From IMG/VR virus record IMGVR_UViG_3300009185_000001, positions 138,881 through 202,880 of that record: 64,000 nt of DNA. One strand, given 5' to 3'. The translations under genes were made by a program, and so were the position numbers. The DNA comes from a virus. Lineage: Duplodnaviria > Caudoviricetes. The notes beneath the pieces are model-generated. The model was not told the origin of the DNA. It saw only the letters and a list, made by a program, of their open reading frames with translations, and searched no databases. Shown piece after piece: positions 1 to 9,848 of this stretch (the first letter of the stretch is position 1; the number at the start of each line of letters is the position of its first letter).

Positions 1-345
1 CGTTTGTTGACTATTTGTTGTGAATTGATATCTAGTTGCCCTAGCATATCCCACATCTGGAGACACTCCAAAAGTTAAATTAGAATATGCAGCTTCTTTT
101 ATTGAAAATTCTATAATAGAAGAATTTGCTCCCTCTGAATTAGTTAAAGTTACATAAGCATATCGTTTTTCAGCTTTAATCGGAGTTCCTACTAGTTCTC
201 CTGTGTTTGTTATAGAAATTCCACTCGGAAGACCAACCGCAGACCATGTAAGCGGACTTGTTCCAGAATGAGAAATAAACGCTGAAAAATAACTTCCAAC
301 AGTTAAATTAAAAGATTGTTTAGGAGTTATGTTTGGAGCAGACAT
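1..345 (-). CDS. Ig-like (He_PIG-type) domain virion protein, truncated at window edge
   Basis: ATG at 345 (minus); translates MSAPNITPKQSF...WSAVGLPSGISITNTGELVGTP, the putative-Ig 'GLPxGLS..G.ISGTP' pattern. Confidence 0.6.
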   Translation of the reverse strand, partial: MSAPNITPKQSFNLTVGSYFSAFISHSGTSPLTWSAVGLPSGISITNTGELVGTPIKAEKRYAYVTLTNSEGANSSIIEFSIKEAAYSNLTFGVSPDVGYARATRYQFTTNSQQT

Positions 346-351
346 TTTTTT

Positions 352-2154
352 TTAAAAATCAACGGCTTTTATATATCCACTTGGTTCAACAACTTCTATT
401 CTAGAACCAATATTATTAATATTATTAAACACCGCATATTGATAAAATCCTAGCGTAACGTTTTGAGTATAAACCTTCGAATCTTGATTTGGGTATAAAT
501 CATTCCACAACAATATAGAAATTCCGTTTACAGAAGTATTTGTATCATATCTATAGGTATCAACATTTGCTACTCCATCTATATTTAATATATCAGATGT
601 TAATTTATATAAATCAATTATTTGTCCTAATTTAGAAACTTTGTGATTAAAATTATTTAAAAATAAAGTTCTAATATCATTAACAATAGCCGAAGAAGCT
701 CTTCTACTATTTTTATTTTTTGTTATTCTTAACTTAGAATTTGCTAAATCGTTTACACTTGATACACCATTAATAGGTTTTGCGTAAAAATCTAAATTCA
801 TATAAACAGGGTCCATAACAACAATTTTTGATGTTATTGTTTTATTTTCATTCAATCCATTTATAATTAATTCTTTCTGCGGAGGAGCTAAAAAATCTTG
901 TAATTCATTTTTTGGAACCGCATATACATATAAATTGTTAAAATTACAACTATTAGCAAATTTTATTTGATTTAATAAAATTTGATTTTCAAGCTGTGGA
1001 TCGTTTAATCCTATTTCATATAAATATTTTATATGACCTCTCATGTAATCATCATTGCTTATTACTTTAGAATCACATAAAATATTAAAATAATTTGCTT
1101 CTATAAAAGATTCATAGTCTCTATCGGTTACTAAACGATACTGAGATCTAAAGTTTTTTGGTGCATTCAATCGAATTGAATCTACATTTTCATAATCAGA
1201 ATATGAATTGGAAGGATATTCATTAGACAGTGAAATAAAACTTAACTGTTGAGTTGAGAGTTTTTCTTCATAATTAAAACTAATATCAGATATAATTTCA
1301 TTATATCGTACAGTATTGTATTGAACAAATTTTGAACCATTTAATCCATTTGGAGCAACACCAGCAGCATTTGGATTTATTTGTAGATAATAAACAGCAA
1401 CTTGATCACCCTCGTTTAATTTTTTTCCATTGATACCATCTCCAAATTGTATTTCATATCTAAGATTTTCATTAAACCTTGTTGTAAAAACATTTTCAGT
1501 TGCAGTATATAAAAATAAGTCTGAAACATTTGTCCATTCTTGCCATTTAATTGCATTTTTTGGTTTTACATATACAAAAATATTAAAATGGTCAATTTGT
1601 ATAGTAGTATCTAATGCCAAATAAAGAACCTCATTGTCTATTCCAGCTGCACTATATAGTGGATATTCTTGAAAAGTTCCTTGATAAAGCAAATAGTTAT
1701 TATTAACGTCTTCTATCTGTGAAGCAGCATCTACTAGCTTTGAAAATGCTATATCTTTATTTGTAGAAAATTGAGTTCCGCCTACATTGATATAACTATA
1801 TCTAGAGATGAAGTAGTTGCCCCTAGAAAGCCCGTCAGTGGCTCCTAAACCAAAAGGAATGTTCTGCCCTATGCGACCAACAGGTTTATAATTTAAAAGC
1901 TTTACGATTCTATTCATGTTCTCATAAATTTGAGATTCTGAAAACATACTTTCTGAGGAAGTTTTATTCAAATAATACAAAAGAGTTGTAAATGTATAAC
2001 TGATTATATCAATAAAACCTGATAGGTTAGATCCTTGATAATTTTGATCAGTAAAAACCTTTCCTTGATTTAATCGATTTACTATGATGTCTCTTATACT
2101 GACACCATCAAAAGCTACGTAGGAATTTTTATTGAAAGGAATTAAGTCACTCAT
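352..2154 (-). CDS. gp6: Baseplate wedge subunit, T4 gp6-like
   Basis: 600 aa; N-terminal FTDQNYQGSNLSGFIDII, YEIQFGDGINGK, ENVDSIRLNAP...VTDRDYE motifs typical of gp6; adjacent to gp25. Confidence 0.85.
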   Translation of the reverse strand: MSDLIPFNKNSYVAFDGVSIRDIIVNRLNQGKVFTDQNYQGSNLSGFIDIISYTFTTLLYYLNKTSSESMFSESQIYENMNRIVKLLNYKPVGRIGQNIPFGLGATDGLSRGNYFISRYSYINVGGTQFSTNKDIAFSKLVDAASQIEDVNNNYLLYQGTFQEYPLYSAAGIDNEVLYLALDTTIQIDHFNIFVYVKPKNAIKWQEWTNVSDLFLYTATENVFTTRFNENLRYEIQFGDGINGKKLNEGDQVAVYYLQINPNAAGVAPNGLNGSKFVQYNTVRYNEIISDISFNYEEKLSTQQLSFISLSNEYPSNSYSDYENVDSIRLNAPKNFRSQYRLVTDRDYESFIEANYFNILCDSKVISNDDYMRGHIKYLYEIGLNDPQLENQILLNQIKFANSCNFNNLYVYAVPKNELQDFLAPPQKELIINGLNENKTITSKIVVMDPVYMNLDFYAKPINGVSSVNDLANSKLRITKNKNSRRASSAIVNDIRTLFLNNFNHKVSKLGQIIDLYKLTSDILNIDGVANVDTYRYDTNTSVNGISILLWNDLYPNQDSKVYTQNVTLGFYQYAVFNNINNIGSRIEVVEPSGYIKAVDF

Positions 2155-2654
2155 AAAATGTTTATATTATTTGCTTGAAAGTTTATTTGAAATCTATCAA
2201 CCTTTCCAATATTTAATAGTTTATACACAAATAAAACATAATATTGATTTTCTTCGGGCATTGGCATTACTTGTACATTTTGCACTTCTATTCTAGGTTC
2301 TTGTGCAGCGGATTCTAATATATTATTACCAAGTATTTTTGCTTTGAATTCTGTTATTCCTTCAAACAAATATTGGTCTAAAGATCCACCAAAGTTAGGA
2401 CTTAATAATTTCTGTCCCTTTTTTGTTGTGAATATATTATAAAGAGAATTTCTTATTGCATTTGAATCATAATCAGCAACAATATCGTTACTTTCAACGG
2501 TGTTCAAACCATTTCCAACATTATTATTTATAATTAAGTCCAAGTGCAAATCAGTATATACATATTGATTTTCCTTTGTTTCCTTTGAAGGATAATTAGT
2601 AGGAGAATTTACTTCTCTTGGTTTTATAAGATTATCTATGTAAATAGCAGCCAT
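2151..2654 (-). CDS. gp25: Baseplate wedge subunit, T4 gp25-like (likely start 2654)
   Basis: AIRNSLYNIFTTKKGQKLLSPNFGGSL...LFE...EPRIEVQNV is the GPW/gp25 pattern. Confidence 0.85.
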   Translation of the reverse strand: MAAIYIDNLIKPREVNSPTNYPSKETKENQYVYTDLHLDLIINNNVGNGLNTVESNDIVADYDSNAIRNSLYNIFTTKKGQKLLSPNFGGSLDQYLFEGITEFKAKILGNNILESAAQEPRIEVQNVQVMPMPEENQYYVLFVYKLLNIGKVDRFQINFQANNINIL

Positions 2655-2660
2655 GTATGG

Positions 2661-2670
2661 TAAATATTTA
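2661..2670. promoter_or_regulatory. Palindromic TAAATATTTA, candidate bidirectional late promoter
   Basis: TAAATA on both strands between divergent ATGs at 2654 and 2690; same 10-mer at 4674-4683. Confidence 0.45.
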
Positions 2671-2689
2671 TGATAAAAACCCAATATAT

Positions 2690-3313
2690 ATGAGTAAAAA
2701 ATTTAATAAATTTGAAACTTTATGCGAAAAGGCATTTACACACCATTCTAATGGTGGATTTCGTACAAATACACCAGTAAAACTTAGACCCGAATTTTTT
2801 AATTCAGATTTCTACAAGACTCGTTACCAAACAGATTCTTTATTTGATACATGGCTGAGAGGATGTATTCAACAAAATCCTAATCTATTCTTTTTTATTC
2901 ATGACATCGCAGCAAACAGCACGAATGCAAGTGCTAAAGATGCAAACGACTTAGCAGGTTCTAATTACACCATCTTAACACTGAAAATGGATCCAAGAAC
3001 ATTGCAAGCACCTACGGAATATAATGAATTCTCGGTTCCGGGTGATTTTAATCTTATTGAGGTATTAGATTTTGGTATTAATCTTCCTCCTGTACAAGGA
3101 GTTCCTAATAAGTACGAAAACTACGAAGCATATACTCAAAGCAAACCTGTACCCGCAAATCCTGATGATTTTAAAGCATTAGGAAATCAACCAATGGATA
3201 ATAAACTTCCAGTGGCACATACAGCAATTCCTGCTTCTCCTGCTATTGCTAAAAAATATTTTACAGGTCCAACTCGCTCTAAAAAGAACGGCCCTAAGAA
3301 ATTAAAAAAATAA
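2690..3313 (+). CDS. Hypothetical protein (likely start 2690)
   Basis: Long ORF divergent from gp25; TAAATA late-type motif at 2661. Confidence 0.6.
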   Translation: MSKKFNKFETLCEKAFTHHSNGGFRTNTPVKLRPEFFNSDFYKTRYQTDSLFDTWLRGCIQQNPNLFFFIHDIAANSTNASAKDANDLAGSNYTILTLKMDPRTLQAPTEYNEFSVPGDFNLIEVLDFGINLPPVQGVPNKYENYEAYTQSKPVPANPDDFKALGNQPMDNKLPVAHTAIPASPAIAKKYFTGPTRSKKNGPKKLKK

Positions 3314-3314
3314 T

Positions 3315-4253
3315 TTAGATAGAAGCTTCGATTGCCAAAATGCAACAGAAGAAATTGATTTCGTGATCTAATACGAAATTATCTCTATACATATATTCTC
3401 CAAGATTTAAGAGAAACATTTTTTTGCATTTTTCATCAATATCTGTACAATCATATACATAATTAAACATATTGATCATAAGTTTCTGATAATCATTACC
3501 AAATAACTTTTCAGATTCGATTACAGTTTTTCTAATTTCCAAAGAAGACAATTTTGAAATTGCAAGTCCTTTAATTATAAAACTAAAAAGATCACAGACT
3601 TCATTTTTTTCTGGAAATATAAGAGTTCCTGTTACAGAAAACTTCTGAAGATCATTAACAATTCTCCTCATATCAGGATATCGTTCGGTTAAAAACTCCG
3701 ATAGCTTAACTTTCATTGTATCAGAATCAAATTTAATATTTTCTTTCTGTAAAATTTCTATACAACGCTGTCCACAGGATTTTAAGGTAGGTTGAAGCTT
3801 AAAGAGTACACACCTAGAACGAATGGGTTCGATTATTTTATTTATATAATTAGCAGTCAGAATGAATCGTGTAGTATCAACATATTCTTCCATGACATTA
3901 CGAAGCATTCGCAAAGAATCTCCTGTAAGACCGTCTGCCTCCTCTAATATTACTATCTTCCTCTTACTATCAATAGAACGTGTTTGTGCAAAACTAATGA
4001 CCTTGTTGCGAATAGTATCAACACCATTTTCATCAGATGCGTTAATATACAAGTACTGGCACTTGAGAAGATCATTTACAATTATCTTTGATAAGGTACT
4101 TTTACCCGTGCCCGGTGAACCATAAAACAACAAACTAGGAACATCATCCGTAATAGTTTTGAAGTGATCCTTTACTTCAGTATCTAAAAGAATTTCGTCT
4201 AATGTTTTTGGGCGGTATTTTTCAACCCAAAGATTGTTATAGTGATTAGTCAT
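3315..4253 (-). CDS. gp44: Sliding clamp loader large subunit (RFC/gp44-like AAA+)
   Basis: LWVEKYRPKTLDE, Walker A GSPGTGKS, YINASDE, SRC motif (IRSRC). Confidence 0.93.
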   Translation of the reverse strand: MTNHYNNLWVEKYRPKTLDEILLDTEVKDHFKTITDDVPSLLFYGSPGTGKSTLSKIIVNDLLKCQYLYINASDENGVDTIRNKVISFAQTRSIDSKRKIVILEEADGLTGDSLRMLRNVMEEYVDTTRFILTANYINKIIEPIRSRCVLFKLQPTLKSCGQRCIEILQKENIKFDSDTMKVKLSEFLTERYPDMRRIVNDLQKFSVTGTLIFPEKNEVCDLFSFIIKGLAISKLSSLEIRKTVIESEKLFGNDYQKLMINMFNYVYDCTDIDEKCKKMFLLNLGEYMYRDNFVLDHEINFFCCILAIEASI

Positions 4254-4254
4254 T

Positions 4255-4638
4255 TTATTTAAATTCTGGTTCTATTGTTAAAAGAGGTAGATAAACAATT
4301 TTTGCTATCTCATCTCCAGAATTCAATAAATAATCTCTGTCGGAAGAATTGTAAAGAAGAATTTTCAACTCGCCCCTAAAAGAATTATCAATGGATTTAA
4401 AAATTGGCTGTATTCCATATTCTTTTACTAAATTTTCAAGCGGTAGAATCAATCCCCATGCTCCCTTAACAAAGTCTTCAATAATAAGACCAGTATCTAT
4501 CAAAACACTCTTATGCTCTGCTATAATCTTGCAATCGATGGATTTTAAAATATAACCAGAATCGCTTTGATTATTTCGAAATGGAAGAACTGCATCTTCG
4601 TCACTTTTTGAGAATATTATTTTTGGAACTGTAAACAT
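4255..4638 (-). CDS. dUTPase-fold protein with degenerate catalytic motifs
   Basis: DAVLPFR..SDSGYIL, IDTGL, IDNSFRGELKILLYN, GDEIAKIV follow trimeric dUTPase layout; motifs 1, 2 and 5 are eroded or absent. Confidence 0.7.
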   Translation of the reverse strand: MFTVPKIIFSKSDEDAVLPFRNNQSDSGYILKSIDCKIIAEHKSVLIDTGLIIEDFVKGAWGLILPLENLVKEYGIQPIFKSIDNSFRGELKILLYNSSDRDYLLNSGDEIAKIVYLPLLTIEPEFK

Positions 4639-4696
4639 GATCTTATTATAGTGGAATACTTGGCTTATTCAACTAAATATTTAAAATATATATAAC

Positions 4697-5170
4697 ATGG
4701 ACCCTACTAATGATATAGATAATATTATCGATCAACTTCGTGTTGATGCTGTTCCAACAGTTTCCAATCCCGTAAAAAGAAACGAAATTCAAAATTTAAA
4801 TGATGAAAATGTAAGTGATTATGTTTACAAAAAAACAGCAGAAATCATAGAGGTTGGATTGGAATCCATATCAAATTTAAAAGATATTATAACTTCTGGA
4901 CAAGATCCAAAGGAAATAACAGCACTAGCCAGTTTAATCAGCGCAACAACCAAAGCTATTGATAACCTAAATAAAATCAATTTACAATCTAAACAACATA
5001 AAAACAATTTAGAGGTTGCAAAGATAGAAGGAAATACCGCCAAACAACTTGGAATTGGCAGTCAAACAAATAACATTGTTATTGCAACAAGAGATGAAAT
5101 CTTAAAAATTCAAGACAAAGAGCCTAAAAGACAAAAAATTGAATTGATTGAAGATAACTCTCAAGAATAA
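4697..5170 (+). CDS. gp16: Terminase small subunit, T4 gp16-like
   Basis: Helical core (GQDPKEITALASLISATTKAIDNLNK) and C-terminal TNNIVIATRDEILK resemble the gp16 'TNNLFVGST.EL.K' tail. Confidence 0.6.
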   Translation: MDPTNDIDNIIDQLRVDAVPTVSNPVKRNEIQNLNDENVSDYVYKKTAEIIEVGLESISNLKDIITSGQDPKEITALASLISATTKAIDNLNKINLQSKQHKNNLEVAKIEGNTAKQLGIGSQTNNIVIATRDEILKIQDKEPKRQKIELIEDNSQE

Positions 5171-5218
5171 TTTTAAAATTTTTTGAAATTTTAAAATACG
5201 TAAATTAAAAAAGTACAA

Positions 5219-5256
5219 AAAAATACCCATCCTCTTTCAAAGATGGGTAGATTTTT
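5219..5256 (-). terminator. Intrinsic terminator after gp23 (possibly bidirectional)
   Basis: TACCCATC/GATGGGTA stem flanked by an A-run and a T-run between convergent genes. Confidence 0.6.
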
Positions 5257-5271
5257 TTGTGAGGTTTACTC

Positions 5272-6744
5272 TTAGAGATATCGCGCAGTCTGGTTAGAAG
5301 CAAAGCCTTCTCCGAGACCCTTGACGATGATTACATGGTAGTACAGAGAAGCACCAAAGATGTAATCTACAACTCCGTAGCGAGTCATAAGACCGACGCG
5401 AGGTGAGAAGTCATTTGGGCCGACTGTACGCTGAATCATGACAGGGATATACGGACAATATACGATACCTGTATCGTAGTATTCTGTGCCTTTATAACCA
5501 AGCAATGCATATTCCAATGCGGTTTGTCTTTGACCTGTTAGATACTGAGCATCTGTACGTGTGTCGCGGTAAACAGTAAATCTTCCACCCAATGTTCCAA
5601 CTTTGGCAATGCCTGTTGGTTGTGTGTTGATATTTCCGTTTACTGGCATCCACGTAAACTCAGGGAGCATTTCAAGAATCGCGCAAACGCGAGGTGTAGC
5701 AATAATAAAATTGGCTGAACCACGGCGGTTACGGATAGCAATGCGGTTAGCTTCGACGATGACCTTGGAGTAGAAATCACGATTTCTTTCTCCGAGCCAA
5801 CGTGCGTCAGCTGACTGAGCGTACCAGAATGTGTATCCATTTGGGTTACCAGCATTAAGAGCGATTTGAATCATTCTGATGACCATTTCACGGTCGATCT
5901 CAGCCTGAATTTCATATGACATAGCATTTGTTAATTCAGAGTCGATATCGAGTCCGTTCATGTTCTTCAAGTCTTGCTCAAGTTCAACAGACCAGCGAGC
6001 GGCGAGGCGGCGTGTGCCAGCTTCAACGGCTGTTTTGCTGAATTCAACAGTAACTTGAGGAATGTTTCCAGTAAGTTCGAACTGGCTAAGGATAGCAGCA
6101 ACACCTTGATCAGTAGAAGCAACGCTGAAATCAGCATTGCCTGTGAGTGAGGCGGCACTAGTACCTGTAAAGCGAGTATCGAGATACTGATAGCCAAGTT
6201 CATTCGGACCAGCAACACGGGGAACCGTGTAGTTGGTTGGGTCGTTTGAATCTTTAAATGAACCAGAAGTTGTTGATCCGGTTGCATATCCATCGATTCC
6301 ATTTGAACCTAAGCTAGCATTCTCATAGCGGTAACGAAGGGCAAATGCAAGTCCGACTGGACCACTCATAGGCTGAACACCGACGATCTCGTTAGTGATA
6401 AGCTCTGGGAATGTACGTCTGATCATCGGTATAAGAACCTTTGGTAAACGTGCATCACCATTAGCATAACCATCATTCGAGTTAACTGATCCCGGAGGAG
6501 CATAGATACCACCGATAGTACTGCCAGAGCCGAAGGCTCCACCATTACCAGCGAAGTTTCCACCCTCTTCCAAGCACCAACGCTCTTGGTTTTCCATCAG
6601 CATAGCTGTGGTAACGCGAGCATGCTCGTCTTCAATTGGGCGGACTTTATCACTTGTGTAATTAAGTACCGGGGCCCATTTTTCGAGGAGTTGATTGGCA
6701 CGGGATTTGTCGATGTAACCGGGTGCGGGTTTTACATTATTCAT
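5272..6744 (-). CDS. gp23: Major capsid protein, T4 gp23-like
   Basis: LLEKWAPVL, IVGVQPMSGPVGLAFALR, RWSVELEQDLKNMNGLD, YCPYIP...F.PRVGLMTRYG. Confidence 0.97.
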   Translation of the reverse strand: MNNVKPAPGYIDKSRANQLLEKWAPVLNYTSDKVRPIEDEHARVTTAMLMENQERWCLEEGGNFAGNGGAFGSGSTIGGIYAPPGSVNSNDGYANGDARLPKVLIPMIRRTFPELITNEIVGVQPMSGPVGLAFALRYRYENASLGSNGIDGYATGSTTSGSFKDSNDPTNYTVPRVAGPNELGYQYLDTRFTGTSAASLTGNADFSVASTDQGVAAILSQFELTGNIPQVTVEFSKTAVEAGTRRLAARWSVELEQDLKNMNGLDIDSELTNAMSYEIQAEIDREMVIRMIQIALNAGNPNGYTFWYAQSADARWLGERNRDFYSKVIVEANRIAIRNRRGSANFIIATPRVCAILEMLPEFTWMPVNGNINTQPTGIAKVGTLGGRFTVYRDTRTDAQYLTGQRQTALEYALLGYKGTEYYDTGIVYCPYIPVMIQRTVGPNDFSPRVGLMTRYGVVDYIFGASLYYHVIIVKGLGEGFASNQTARYL

Positions 6745-6810
6745 TTGTTTATTTTTTCCTTTATGGATTTTAGCGTTCGAGAATGGCGGATTGCCTTCTC
6801 CACCTTGAAA

Positions 6811-7698
6811 TTATCTTATTTCCTTTAAAGCTGTGAGATATTTGTTAACTGGTGTGTTTTCAACAGTTGTAGACTCAGAGATTACTTTTGAAGCAGGAAC
6901 TCTAGCATCTTTAGAAACCGCAGTTTTTTTGGCTTCTTCTACTAAAGTTTTTGACGTTTCGCTTTCTTCTCTTTCAAACATCTCAACAACATATTTAAAG
7001 TTCTCCTCAATGTATGAGGTAGATTTGTCATTCAACAGATTTGAAATATAACCTTTTTTAGAGGCTGACATTCCTTTTGTTTTTTGTTCTAAAATTAATG
7101 AAGATTTTACAGTTTCAAATTTTTCTTGAAGATCAATATTTTCTTTGAAAGATTCATTCAATTGATTTTCTAATTTAGTAATCTTTGCTCTTCCTTCAGA
7201 AACGATTCTTTTAACATCGCTATTCAATGATGAAGGATCAAAGGCAATGATGCTTTTGATTTGCTCTAATTGTTTGATTGCTGTTTTATTAGAAACTGCT
7301 TCTTCTAATTGTGATTGTGGAATTGCTTTTGAAAGGTAAGCATCCATGAAGTTGCTGATTTCGTTAACAACTTTTTTGCTAAATTTTTCAGCCTTTTCAT
7401 TTAAGGCTTTGCGATAAAACCCAACAAGCTGTTCGAGTTTAATTGTATGGTTTTCGTTAATAGCAGATACAACCTTTTCAAGTTTTGAGGAATGATCAGT
7501 ATCAATCGCTTCTAAAAGTTTTTCTAATTTTAAAGCATGTTCGTCGTCTTGTTTGCTGAGAGCCTTTTCAACTTGCAATTCAAGTTGATCTTCGACCTTT
7601 TCACTAACAGCTGATTCAAACGCTTCAGCAATTGCGGAAGCAGCTTCTTCATTGAGAACGTTTGTATCAATATTTGAAATGATTGATGAGATATCCAT
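6811..7698 (-). CDS. gp22: Prohead core scaffolding protein, gp22-like
   Basis: Acidic coiled-coil 295 aa directly upstream of gp23; ends PVNKYLTALK. Confidence 0.8.
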   Translation of the reverse strand: MDISSIISNIDTNVLNEEAASAIAEAFESAVSEKVEDQLELQVEKALSKQDDEHALKLEKLLEAIDTDHSSKLEKVVSAINENHTIKLEQLVGFYRKALNEKAEKFSKKVVNEISNFMDAYLSKAIPQSQLEEAVSNKTAIKQLEQIKSIIAFDPSSLNSDVKRIVSEGRAKITKLENQLNESFKENIDLQEKFETVKSSLILEQKTKGMSASKKGYISNLLNDKSTSYIEENFKYVVEMFEREESETSKTLVEEAKKTAVSKDARVPASKVISESTTVENTPVNKYLTALKEIR

Positions 7699-7719
7699 AT
7701 TATATATTACTATTTACTC

Positions 7720-7995
7720 TTACTTCTTTCCTTTTTTATTATTTTTTTTCAACTGCTTAAAATCAGCACCTGTGATTTTATTTTTTGGTTTTGCAGCACT
7801 TGCAAGTTTTTTTTGAGCAGGAGATAATTTTTTCTCGGCAATTTTCTTGACGCGAGATTTTACTTTTTCAGTAACCACTTTATCTAAAGTTGTGTTAGCA
7901 TCAGAATAATTTTTTTCGCAGATTTGAGCTACCAATTTAGAAATTAAGTTTCGAATATTCATATTAATATTATTATTTATCCTAGTGCTATACAA
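7720..7995 (-). CDS. Small prohead core protein (gp67/gp68-like position)
   Basis: Between gp21 and gp22; helical N-terminus and basic tail. Confidence 0.45.
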   Translation of the reverse strand: MYSTRINNNINMNIRNLISKLVAQICEKNYSDANTTLDKVVTEKVKSRVKKIAEKKLSPAQKKLASAAKPKNKITGADFKQLKKNNKKGKK

Positions 7996-7996
7996 A

Positions 7997-9775
7997 TTAA
8001 AGTTTCTTTAATGAATTAATAAATTTAATTATTTCTTCAGTGAGATATTTATTGCCTTCTTTTGTGGGAATATTTGAAATGGCTTTTTCAAATCTGTCAT
8101 ATGCAGGAGCAAATTTACCATCTTCATTTAATATCCATTGTTTAGATTCTAGAATACCATTTACAAAAGCAGAAGGAACCGAAGGATCAGCAACAACGTC
8201 AACGGCAACAAGTCTAAAATCAGCAACACGATTAACACCGGATTTACTTTCTTCTAATCTGCCTAATGCACGACTAGAAACACCGAGCTTAACACCATCC
8301 ATGATCAATGAACGAACGATTTGTCCCATGGGAGTAGAAAGAACTTTTGATTTTCCTTCAAAAATATTGCCATTCTGTTTCAATTCTGTAACAACATGAC
8401 AAACTCTTTCAAGGTTTATTTCTGGAGAGTTACCAGTCCAAGAACACTTGCCATTGTCCATGCAATAAAAATTTTCATTTGGAACAGAAACACAATATAC
8501 TCTGTCATCAAAATCATTTACTTCTTCTATTTTTAAAAACCTATCATCCAAACAAACATATTCTGTTTTTGCTATATTTAATTGATATAAGGGAACTTTA
8601 TTTTCTGCTTTTATTATTCGATCTGCAAATTTATAATCTGCTTCGGTAATAATAGTTGTAATATTTCCACATCCGCCAGATTTAAGGAGAATTTCATTGA
8701 AATCTAACATTAATTGTTTTGATGTAGAAAAGATATTTCTGATTTCATATTCTCCAGCTTCTTGAATAACTGTAGAAAACCTACCATCACCTAAATTAAA
8801 CCAATATATCATTTCCTCTAAAAGAGGAGCAGAAATATTTTTAAATTGCTTTGGAATTTTTTTATTGTAACAATTAGTTCCAAAATTTTCTTTTAAAAAT
8901 TGAGAAAGTCTTAAATCTCTTAAAATAAATGTGGATGTTCCACTAGAAGATATATTTTCAGACCATTTCATTTCTTCTGGAAACTTGGAAAGAAGTTCTC
9001 TTATTTGAATTTTTATTTCTTCTTTTCTTTGTGTAATTCCAATCGTTGTTTCTCTGTGGGTTACGGTATAACCTTCTGCCAACCATATACCCAAAAATTG
9101 AACAAATGTTTTATAATCAATTTTAGAATCAATTTCTGGATTTATTAAATACTTTCCTTTTTTTAAAGTATTTTTAACTCCTTTTAAAATAAAAAAATCA
9201 GGAGTTTCAGCAAACCAGTTTCCTGTTTTTGGAATTCTGTGTTTATTGTATTTTGTTCTATTATTAAAAATTTCTTCGATTGTAACAAAAACAGGATTGT
9301 TATATCTATCAATTAAAAGAAGTCTGTGAGTAGGAGTAATAAGAGTGTTTATGTTTCTTCCATTTACTCTATACATTTTTCCTTTATATTCTTGATCTAT
9401 TTTTTTTGTTATTTGATTGAGTTCTATTTCTCTGGTTTTAGGATTTAAAGTATAAACCTTTTCAGTTTCAGATATTTCGGTTATATTCTTCCAACCATCT
9501 TCGCAAAGTATTGATGCTGATGATGTTATACAGGAAGGGTGATTCAATTCCCCGGTGGCTCTTTTTGTTACAATCATTTCGTCATTATAACGATTAACTT
9601 CTTTAACCATTTCTTCTAGTGGATAAACTCTTTTATTTTTATTGGCTTCATTAGCCATTAAAAATGGTCCTTGGATATGAAGGATTGAAGGAGTATTTCT
9701 ATTACGTTCCTCGATGAGGTACTGAACATCATAGGTTGGTTGTTCTACTAAAAGACTATAAGCATTTTTTGACAT
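7997..9775 (-). CDS. gp21: Prohead protease gp21 interrupted by an intein
   Basis: IQGPFLMANEANKNKRVYP, GELNHP...INLERVCH, LGVSSRALG, DVVADPS. Confidence 0.93.
   Translation of the reverse strand: MSKNAYSLLVEQPTYDVQYLIEERNRNTPSILHIQGPFLMANEANKNKRVYPLEEMVKEVNRYNDEMIVTKRATGELNHPSCITSSASILCEDGWKNITEISETEKVYTLNPKTREIELNQITKKIDQEYKGKMYRVNGRNINTLITPTHRLLLIDRYNNPVFVTIEEIFNNRTKYNKHRIPKTGNWFAETPDFFILKGVKNTLKKGKYLINPEIDSKIDYKTFVQFLGIWLAEGYTVTHRETTIGITQRKEEIKIQIRELLSKFPEEMKWSENISSSGTSTFILRDLRLSQFLKENFGTNCYNKKIPKQFKNISAPLLEEMIYWFNLGDGRFSTVIQEAGEYEIRNIFSTSKQLMLDFNEILLKSGGCGNITTIITEADYKFADRIIKAENKVPLYQLNIAKTEYVCLDDRFLKIEEVNDFDDRVYCVSVPNENFYCMDNGKCSWTGNSPEINLERVCHVVTELKQNGNIFEGKSKVLSTPMGQIVRSLIMDGVKLGVSSRALGRLEESKSGVNRVADFRLVAVDVVADPSVPSAFVNGILESKQWILNEDGKFAPAYDRFEKAISNIPTKEGNKYLTEEIIKFINSLKKL
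8429..9532 (-). mobile_element. Intein (368 aa) with LAGLIDADG homing endonuclease
   Basis: Starts C82 (CITSSASIL), ends ...SWTGN followed by Ser; LAGLIDADG-like FLGIWLAEG and FNLGDG; removal restores GELNHPS-SPEINL. Confidence 0.9.
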
Positions 9776-9848
9776 ATGTATTCTTTTTATATATTTATCG
9801 ATATTGCTATCAACTTTGTTATTTATATTTACACTGGAAGATCACTAT

